Virus record (IMG/VR): IMGVR_UViG_3300025694_000018
Span: 1 to 31,447 of that record
Length of the DNA stretch: 31,447 nucleotides
Origin: a virus
Taxonomy: Duplodnaviria; Caudoviricetes
Reading direction: 5' to 3' (one strand)
Position 1 is the stretch's first letter, and each line of letters opens with the position of its first letter. The notes under the pieces are model-generated. The model worked only from the letters and a program-made list of their open reading frames with translations, was not told where the DNA came from and made no database searches. Positions 24,673-31,447 of the stretch are shown here, in pieces. The translations under genes and the position numbers were made by a program.

Positions 24673-26199
24673 ATGATAATGAAAAAAGATAAATTCAAAA
24701 ATATATTTAGCGGATTAACTATAGCATATGGACAATATCAACCTGGTGAACGTGGCGAAAACGGAAAGCAACAAGGAAAAGCTTTTATTGTACGTGGTAC
24801 CGTCACCGAAGAACTCTGGGAAAACCATCTTACCGGAAAAGGTCCAGCCCTTGGGATTATCCCTATCACAGAAAATAATGATTGTAGGTGGGGGTGCATT
24901 GATATTGACGAATATAACCTTGATCACGTTGGCCTCATTAAAAGTATTCGGAATCTTAAACTCCCATTAATAGTTTGCCGTAGTAAATCTGGCGGCGCGC
25001 ACGTATTTTTATTCACAAAAGAAAACATTCCTGCATCTTTGATGCAATCAAAATTAAAATCTTTCGCTATCCTACTTGGTTATGAAGGATCAGAAATATT
25101 TCCAAAACAAACAGAAATACTAGTGGATCGTGGGGACACTGGTAACTTCTTAAATCTACCCTACCACAATGAAATGAAAGGACTACGTTATGCTATCAAC
25201 GATACTGGCGCCGGTTGTACACTTGAGGAATTTTATCAGCTCTATGATGTTTTCGCGTGTAGCAAAGAAGCCGTTGAAAAAATTAAGACGGAAGAGAAAA
25301 AAATAGAAGAAGCATTTCCTGGTGGCCCTCCTTGTTTAAATAAGTTAGCTTCGATTGGTTTCGGGGAGGGCTCAAGGAACAACGCACTATTTAATATTGC
25401 AGTTTATTATAAACAAGCAAACCCAGATACTTGGGAAGATGAAATAGTAAAAGCGAATATGGAATTTATGGAACCACCCTTAAGTAATAGTGAGGTTCAA
25501 CAATTAATTAAATCTGTAAATAGAAAAGGTTATGATAAATATAGATGTAAAGACGCACCTATTAATTCTGTATGTCAATCGGGTTTATGTAGAACAAAAA
25601 GATTTGGTGTAGGATTTGGTGAAGAAGAAATGCCTGTACTTGGAAGTCTAACTAAATACTCATCAACGCCACCACAATGGTTTTTAGATGTTAGTGGAAC
25701 GCGGATCGAATTAAAATCAGAACAACTTTATAATCCAGGTATGTTTGCATTAGCGTGTTTAGATCAAGCTAATCTAGTTGTACCTGTACCAAAACCAAAA
25801 GATTGGAAACAACATTTTTTAAAACCAATGATGCAAAATTTACAAGAAGTAGAACCTTTAGAGTCTTTGAATCCTGTTAATGAATTAACTGGACTACTTC
25901 AAGATTGGACTACCAATAGACAGAATGCTAGAACTATAGATGACATATTTAACAAACTTCCTTTTACTGAAGATGGTTTTACATATTTTAGAATGGAAGA
26001 CTTTTTTAATTTTTGTAAAAGAAATCATTGGGAGAAAGATAAAACTCAAACAGGTAATCTATTAAAACAATTAGATGTATTTGTAGAAGAAGAAAGAGTT
26101 AGAGTTAAGAAACAACAACCAAGATTAATTAAAATCAAAACAATGAAACAGACAGAGGCGTCAGTTTCTAAAACAACATACCAGGAGGAACATTTTTAA
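24673..26199 (+). CDS. Archaeo-eukaryotic primase (AEP) superfamily protein with PriCT-like domain
   Basis: WGCIDID (DxD motif I), RSKSGGAHVFLF (motif II His), NLPY, GGPPCL...GEGSRNNALF (PriCT-1-like), Cys cluster YRC...VCQSGLC. Start 24673 or 24679. Confidence 0.8.
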   Translation: MIMKKDKFKNIFSGLTIAYGQYQPGERGENGKQQGKAFIVRGTVTEELWENHLTGKGPALGIIPITENNDCRWGCIDIDEYNLDHVGLIKSIRNLKLPLIVCRSKSGGAHVFLFTKENIPASLMQSKLKSFAILLGYEGSEIFPKQTEILVDRGDTGNFLNLPYHNEMKGLRYAINDTGAGCTLEEFYQLYDVFACSKEAVEKIKTEEKKIEEAFPGGPPCLNKLASIGFGEGSRNNALFNIAVYYKQANPDTWEDEIVKANMEFMEPPLSNSEVQQLIKSVNRKGYDKYRCKDAPINSVCQSGLCRTKRFGVGFGEEEMPVLGSLTKYSSTPPQWFLDVSGTRIELKSEQLYNPGMFALACLDQANLVVPVPKPKDWKQHFLKPMMQNLQEVEPLESLNPVNELTGLLQDWTTNRQNARTIDDIFNKLPFTEDGFTYFRMEDFFNFCKRNHWEKDKTQTGNLLKQLDVFVEEERVRVKKQQPRLIKIKTMKQTEASVSKTTYQEEHF

Positions 26200-26264
26200 T
26201 GAATACATATACTGAAATTTTTGGTTTATTAATCATAACAATATTTATGTTTGAATTAATATAA
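26199..26264 (+). CDS. 21-aa hydrophobic microprotein
   Basis: MNTYTEIFGLLIITIFMFELI*; TAATG overlaps at both ends fill the gap exactly. Confidence 0.55.
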   Translation: MNTYTEIFGLLIITIFMFELI

Positions 26265-26482
26265 TGAAAAAATTTAACTTAACTAAAAAACAATTAGAAC
26301 TTTTTAATTTTATTAAAAAATATATTGATGAAAATAATATGGCACCTTCTTATGAAGAGATGAAAATAGGTACAGGGGTATCTAGTAAATGTTTAATTTT
26401 TGTGAAAGTTAATCAACTACAAGAAAGAGGGTGGATAGAAAAACTGCCAGGAAAGAATAGGAGTATAGTAATAAAAGTATGA
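26264..26482 (+). CDS. LexA-like winged-helix DNA-binding protein (no peptidase domain)
   Basis: LTKKQLELFNFIKKYI.....PSYEEM....G..S......V.QLQERGWI...PGKNRSI matches the LexA N-terminal domain pattern. Confidence 0.8.
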   Translation: MKKFNLTKKQLELFNFIKKYIDENNMAPSYEEMKIGTGVSSKCLIFVKVNQLQERGWIEKLPGKNRSIVIKV

Positions 26483-27987
26483 AAACAATAATATTAGGAC
26501 CACCAGGAACAGGTAAAACAACAACACTATTAAATCTAGTGGACGAATTTATACAGCAAGGGATAAGACCTAAACAAATTGGGTACTTTTCGTTTACTAA
26601 AAAAGCCGCGACAGAGGCGGCAACTAGAGCTGCGGACAAATTTAATTTAGATATTGAAAATGATTTAAGTAATTTTAGAACACTTCATTCCTATGCATTT
26701 AATCAATTAGGGATGACTAAAGAAAAAATGATGGGTCGGGATGACTACAAAGAGTTTGGTGAGAAATGTGGCATACCAATTAAGACTGCAAGATTTTCTG
26801 ACAGCGATGGTACCTTTAATTCAGACAATGAATATTTAACAATTATAAATACAGCTGCAGTTAAGAGAATAGATCTATTAGAATATTATGATTCGAGACA
26901 AAACATATTGGACATTGAACGTAATACATTATTTTTATTGGCAGAAGAACTAAAAAGATTTAAAAAAGAAAAAGGACTAAAAGATTTTAACGATTTATTA
27001 ATAGACTATATTGAAAAAGAATCTGTGAATAGTTTTAAAGTATTATTTATTGATGAGGCACAAGACTTATCTTTGATACAGTGGGAGATGGTTAGAAAAC
27101 TTTGGGCCAATGCAGAAAAAACTTACATAGCAGGTGATGATGACCAAGCTATATTTAAATGGGCCGGTGCAGATGTGGATCACTTCATAGCTTTAAAAGA
27201 AGAAGTAAATGATATTAAAGTATTGGATCAATCTTATCGTATACCAGGTGGACCCATACACGAATTGTCACAAAGAATAATTGGTCAAGTACAAAATAGA
27301 TTTGATAAAAAATATAAACCAAGAGAAGAAGAAGGTATCTTAAAAAGATATTCTGATATTACACAAGTAGATATGAGTGAGGGTAACTGGTTAGTATTAT
27401 CTTCAGCCAATCATTTTTTAGATGATGCAAAAGATTTGTGTGAATTACAAGGATGGTATTTTCAATTCAAAGGAATGAACTCTGTACCTTTAAAATTATT
27501 ACTCGCATTAAATAATTGGGAACACTGGCGTAAAGGTGAACTTTTAAATCATTTAGAAATTAAAAATATTTATGAGTATCTTGGATCAAATGTATTACCT
27601 GGATTTCAAAAAGGTAAGACTCTACATTCTGATGAAAAGTATACACTACAAGACTGTAAAGATAAACACGGTCTTATCATAGATAAAGTTTGGTATGAAT
27701 CTTTTGAAGGATTAGATACCATTACTGAAAACTACATTCGTAATATGAGGGCGAATGGAGAAACATTAAATAAAAACCCTCGTATAATAATGTCAACCAT
27801 ACACGGAGCGAAAGGAGGAGAAGCTGATAAAGTTTTATTGATGCAAGACTTAACCAACGCCGCACTCGAAACATTTAGTTATGACCCGGATGAATTACAT
27901 AGATTATTTTATACCGGAGCGACGAGAGCGAAGCGTGAATTACACGTCTTGGACCCAAGAGATTTTAATCGAGCTTATATATTATGA
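26479..27987 (+). CDS. UvrD/Rep-like SF1 DNA helicase
   Basis: GPPGTGKT, FTKKAA, TLHS, IDEAQD, GDDDQAIF, QSYR, STIHGAKGGE, YTGATRAK. Confidence 0.92.
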   Translation: MKTIILGPPGTGKTTTLLNLVDEFIQQGIRPKQIGYFSFTKKAATEAATRAADKFNLDIENDLSNFRTLHSYAFNQLGMTKEKMMGRDDYKEFGEKCGIPIKTARFSDSDGTFNSDNEYLTIINTAAVKRIDLLEYYDSRQNILDIERNTLFLLAEELKRFKKEKGLKDFNDLLIDYIEKESVNSFKVLFIDEAQDLSLIQWEMVRKLWANAEKTYIAGDDDQAIFKWAGADVDHFIALKEEVNDIKVLDQSYRIPGGPIHELSQRIIGQVQNRFDKKYKPREEEGILKRYSDITQVDMSEGNWLVLSSANHFLDDAKDLCELQGWYFQFKGMNSVPLKLLLALNNWEHWRKGELLNHLEIKNIYEYLGSNVLPGFQKGKTLHSDEKYTLQDCKDKHGLIIDKVWYESFEGLDTITENYIRNMRANGETLNKNPRIIMSTIHGAKGGEADKVLLMQDLTNAALETFSYDPDELHRLFYTGATRAKRELHVLDPRDFNRAYIL

Positions 27988-28172
27988 ACTGCTGGCACTG
28001 CAACACTGAACTAATTTGGGGTGGAGATCACGACACGGAAGACAATGAAGACTATGATATTGTAAGTAATTTATCTTGTCCAAACTGTCATTCAGCTGTT
28101 GATGTTTGGCATCCATCTGAAAAATTAATAAAAGAATATAAAGATTATGAGGAGAAACAAAATGACAAATAA
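27984..28172 (+). CDS. Small zinc-ribbon-like protein
   Basis: CWHC...CPNC pairs; ATGA overlap with the helicase stop. Confidence 0.7.
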   Translation: MNCWHCNTELIWGGDHDTEDNEDYDIVSNLSCPNCHSAVDVWHPSEKLIKEYKDYEEKQNDK

Positions 28173-28401
28173 AGAAATATTTAAGAAAGCTACTTATGAT
28201 TCGTTAGATAAGCAGGTAGGCGGGAAGCACTACCAAAATATGAAAATTCAACCCGCAGAATTTATAAACGAAAACAAGTTGCTTTTTGCAGAAGGCAACG
28301 CTATAAAATATATCTGTAGACATCAATCGAAGGGAAAAGAAGAGGACGTGAGAAAAGCTATACACTATTTAGAGATGGTTCTTGAAAGGGACTACGAATG
28401 A
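28162..28401 (+). CDS. DUF3310 (T7 gp1.7-like nucleotide kinase family) protein
   Basis: QVGGKHY...IQP.EFI.......EGNAIKYICR...KG..ED..KA.HYLE; SD GAGGAG 28149-28154 favours ATG 28162. Confidence 0.8.
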   Translation: MTNKEIFKKATYDSLDKQVGGKHYQNMKIQPAEFINENKLLFAEGNAIKYICRHQSKGKEEDVRKAIHYLEMVLERDYE

Positions 28402-30260
28402 GAAGTACTCAAATTCCTTTGTTCACACCACAAACGGAATGGGTAATGCCTGATGAACTTAAAGATCTCAAAGGACACAAAGAAATAGCAATCGATTTAG
28501 AGACTAATGACCCTTATTTAATGACACTGGGGTCAGGTAATGTTACCGGTAGAGGCCACATTGCTGGCGTTGCGGTGGCTGTAGAGGGCTGGTCTGGCTA
28601 TTTTCCTATACAACACGAGTCCGGTGGTAATATGGACAGAAAACTAGTTTTATCTTGGTTGCAAGATGTTTGTAATCAACCCGATACTACCTTTATATTT
28701 CACAATGCAATGTATGATGTCTGTTGGTTGAGAGCAGCAGGAGTTATAGTCAAGGGTAAAATTGTAGACACAATGATTGCAGCGTCTTTAATAGATGAGA
28801 ATAGATTATCTTATGCATTAAATACGTTAGCTAAATTTTATGTAGGTATTGGTAAAGATGAAAACGTTTTACAAGCAGCCGCAAAAGAATATGGATTAGA
28901 TCCTAAAAAAGATATGTGGAGATTGCCAGCGCTTTTTGTTGGACAGTACGCGGAACGTGATGCGGAAGCTACCCTTAAACTTTGGCAGAGATTAAAGATA
29001 GAATTATATAATCAAGAACTAATGGATGTCTTTACATTAGAGACAAAACTATTTCCTTGTTTAGTTGATATGAGATTCAAAGGTGTAAGAGTTGATTTAG
29101 ACAAAGCGGCTAAAATCAAAAAAAATCTTATGGATCGTGAGGCTAAAATCGTCAGTAAAATCAAAAGTTTAACAGGAGTTGACGTAGAAATACACGCGGC
29201 TCGGAGCATCGCAAAAGCGTTTGATAATTTAAAGTTACCTTATGATAGAACAGAAAAAAGTAAGGAGCCTAGCTTTACAAAAAACTTTTTACAAAACCAT
29301 CCACACGAATTACCAAAACTAATTGCTGATGCAAGAGAGATTAACAAAGCGCATACAACTTTTATAGATTCAATTACTAAGCACGCAGTTGACGGTAGAA
29401 TACACGCAGACATAAATCAAATACGATCTGATGCAGGCGGGACCGTGACTGGTAGATTCTCTATGAGCAATCCAAACTTACAGCAGATTCCAGCGAGGCA
29501 TCCGGAACTCGGACCGATGATAAGATCTATATTTATTCCAGAAAAAAATACAACGTGGGGATCGTTTGACTACTCACAACAAGAACCTAGAATTTTAGTA
29601 CACTATGCAAAGTTACAAAACTTAATGGGTGTAGATGAAATTGTAGATGCATACAATGCAGGTGATGCAGACTTCCACCAGGTTGTTGCAGATATGGCAG
29701 GCATTGAACGTAAGCAAGCAAAAACTATTAACTTGGGTTTGATGTATGGTATGGGTAAAAATAAATTAATGGCAGAACTAGGTTTGATGAAAGAGTCTGC
29801 TGAAAAATTAATTAAACAATATCACACAAAGGCTCCGTTTGTAAAACAACTGATGGATAATGTATCTCGTAAAGCAAATGATCGTGGTAAGATTAGAACT
29901 TTAGGCGGACGTGCGTGTCATTTTGATTTATGGCAACCAGTACAATTTGGTGTGTTTAAACCTTTACCATTAGAACAAGCAAGAAAAGAATATGATGAAC
30001 CATTAAAGCGTGCATTTACTTACAAAGCTTTAAATAAATTAATACAAGGTAGCGCAGCTGATATGACAAAAAAGTCTATGGTTGCACTGTATGAAAATGG
30101 TATAATACCACACATTCAGATTCACGATGAGGTGGATATCTCTGTTGAATCTGATAAAAAGGCAGAACAAATAATTAATATTATGGAGTCTGCGGTTGAA
30201 TTACAGGTTCCAAACAAAGTGGATTATGAAAAAGGAGATAATTGGGGCGATATTAAATAA
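28398..30260 (+). CDS. polA: Family A DNA polymerase (3'-5' exonuclease + polymerase; Leu762 type)
   Basis: ExoI IAIDLET, ExoII FHNAMYD, ExoIII YAERDA; TGRFS..NPNLQQIP; motif A DYSQQEPR; motif B KTINLGLMYG; motif C QIHDE. No 5' nuclease domain. Confidence 0.95.
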   Translation: MRSTQIPLFTPQTEWVMPDELKDLKGHKEIAIDLETNDPYLMTLGSGNVTGRGHIAGVAVAVEGWSGYFPIQHESGGNMDRKLVLSWLQDVCNQPDTTFIFHNAMYDVCWLRAAGVIVKGKIVDTMIAASLIDENRLSYALNTLAKFYVGIGKDENVLQAAAKEYGLDPKKDMWRLPALFVGQYAERDAEATLKLWQRLKIELYNQELMDVFTLETKLFPCLVDMRFKGVRVDLDKAAKIKKNLMDREAKIVSKIKSLTGVDVEIHAARSIAKAFDNLKLPYDRTEKSKEPSFTKNFLQNHPHELPKLIADAREINKAHTTFIDSITKHAVDGRIHADINQIRSDAGGTVTGRFSMSNPNLQQIPARHPELGPMIRSIFIPEKNTTWGSFDYSQQEPRILVHYAKLQNLMGVDEIVDAYNAGDADFHQVVADMAGIERKQAKTINLGLMYGMGKNKLMAELGLMKESAEKLIKQYHTKAPFVKQLMDNVSRKANDRGKIRTLGGRACHFDLWQPVQFGVFKPLPLEQARKEYDEPLKRAFTYKALNKLIQGSAADMTKKSMVALYENGIIPHIQIHDEVDISVESDKKAEQIINIMESAVELQVPNKVDYEKGDNWGDIK

Positions 30261-30901
30261 TGGCAACTTATTTAAATTCAGATATACCACCCATTTATTG
30301 TAAAATAAGGAAGGAATATTTATATGATTTTGAAAAACATCACGGAGAGTCTGAAGACTGTTGTATCTTTTCTATTAGCTCTATTACAGATCGCGCACTC
30401 TTATTTAACATTATGCTACCAAATGGTGCGTGTTTTTGGAGACTGCCTATATCAGCGTTTTTTCAAGAAAAATTTGATAGAAGCAAAGTGCCCGATATGC
30501 CTATCGACCAACTTCAATTGTGGAATTGCTTTAGTTATTATCCTAGTGTTCATTGCTTTAGTTTTTTAAGAGGTAAACGTGGAAAATATTTTGGCAAAGA
30601 TAAAAAAAATTACCCATTCGAATATTTATTTACAATTGATTGGGCTCATCCGGAAAGTAATATCCTGGATACAGAACATTCTGAAATTCCTGCTGAACAT
30701 AAGTGTGCGCATATATTGGCTCTTGATGACGGCAATTATGCAGCTCAGCCTAATAATCGCATTCTGTGGGATGCTCCTAACTACACTGTTGGTAACAGGG
30801 TACCTGACTATTATGTCCAAACTACGAGATGGAATGTCGAAAATAAAGATTGGCTGACAGAAGATTCCAAAAAAATGTTCTACCAAACAGAAGACAAATA
30901 A
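30260..30901 (+). CDS. Conserved hypothetical phage protein (213 aa)
   Basis: TAATG-coupled to polA; aromatic/Cys/His-rich (WRLPISAF, LWNCFSY, YLFTIDW, EHKCAH, AQPNNRI). Confidence 0.8.
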   Translation: MATYLNSDIPPIYCKIRKEYLYDFEKHHGESEDCCIFSISSITDRALLFNIMLPNGACFWRLPISAFFQEKFDRSKVPDMPIDQLQLWNCFSYYPSVHCFSFLRGKRGKYFGKDKKNYPFEYLFTIDWAHPESNILDTEHSEIPAEHKCAHILALDDGNYAAQPNNRILWDAPNYTVGNRVPDYYVQTTRWNVENKDWLTEDSKKMFYQTEDK

Positions 30902-30942
30902 TATAAAATACATCACCGTGCAGAAGAAAATGAGGAAGTATT

Positions 30943-31035
30943 ATGGAGATAGCCAGGATGGATTACAGATTCACAGCAGTGTTGATAGTATTGCTATGTC
31001 TATTAGCTATCTTTGGAGGTCCAAGTGGATATTAA
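30943..31035 (+). CDS. Small membrane peptide (30 aa; 25 aa if started at 30958)
   Basis: MEIARMDYRFTAVLIVLLCLLAIFGGPSGY*; GAGGA at 30932-30936; single hydrophobic helix. Confidence 0.55.
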   Translation: MEIARMDYRFTAVLIVLLCLLAIFGGPSGY

Positions 31036-31396
31036 ACGTAAGCTCTCCTTATTCTTTCATAAACTATCACTAGCGTGGTTATCGTGTATGATATTTATGG
31101 TGCAAGGTAATTTACCTGCACTAACTTCAGCTCACGCTGTCATTGCAACGCGGACCGGTGCGATTACTGGTTTTTTAGTTGTGTTTATGTCTTTTATACC
31201 CTGGAAGTTTCATTACAAATTACCTATACTTATGTTTATAGGTTGTTTTACTGCAGATATATTATCTCATTCAACTCATTTTGGACAATATTGGTCTGAA
31301 GCAGCTTGCACTGCATTATTGGCTGCAGTGTTTTCTTATGTTATAACACTGTCACCAGCAGGTAAAAAATTAGAGGAGTATATAGGTGGCAAATAA
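31025..31396 (+). CDS. Multi-pass membrane protein (about 123 aa)
   Basis: GGAGGT at 31015-31020 before GTG 31025; about four hydrophobic segments. Confidence 0.65.
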   Translation: MDIKRKLSLFFHKLSLAWLSCMIFMVQGNLPALTSAHAVIATRTGAITGFLVVFMSFIPWKFHYKLPILMFIGCFTADILSHSTHFGQYWSEAACTALLAAVFSYVITLSPAGKKLEEYIGGK

Positions 31397-31447
31397 ACCA
31401 TTAGATATTGGAGACGAAGCAAGAGTACAGATGCCTATGAAGACGGT
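31386..31447 (+). CDS. 3'-truncated hypothetical protein
   Basis: SD GAGGAG 31373-31378, GTG 31386; (M)ANKPLDIGDEARVQMPMKT.. open to the window end. Confidence 0.6.
   Translation, partial: MANKPLDIGDEARVQMPMKT

Noticed and set aside
26264-26482. Prophage repressor implying lysogeny
   Set aside because: No peptidase domain, no cro/integrase/att site or host genes in the window; co-oriented inside the replication operon.
30324-30857. Alternative-frame plus-strand ORFs 30324-30569 and 30579-30857
   Set aside because: Nested within 30260-30901, which is coupled to polA and has more protein-like composition.

Overview
AT-rich, densely coding fragment of a tailed dsDNA phage genome with podovirus-like virion genes. 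Gene content and composition fit a marine alphaproteobacterial, probably SAR11/Pelagibacter-type, phage; this is an inference, not a database hit. Left to right: three tandem paralogous Gly/Pro-rich tail-fibre/adhesin genes; four 2OG-Fe(II) oxygenase-fold genes; tail and virion genes including a P22 gp10-like tail hub; four probable ejection/internal virion proteins; a lysis pair (small membrane protein plus peptidase M15A endolysin); a minus-strand operon (SNF2 helicase, putative PD-(D/E)XK nuclease, hypothetical); and a divergently transcribed replication module (SSB-like, AEP primase-PriCT, LexA-like wHTH, UvrD-like helicase, DUF3310, Leu762-type family A DNA polymerase). No terminase, portal, capsid, integrase, tRNA, CRISPR or reverse transcriptase was seen. 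The most unusual signals are (i) a promoter / leaderless 13-codon His-His-His uORF / terminator hairpin element at 7475-7540, (ii) the oxygenase cluster beside the Pro/Gly-rich fibres, (iii) repeated GG motifs delimiting modules in an ejection protein, and (iv) overlapping face-to-face promoters at 22810-22876.
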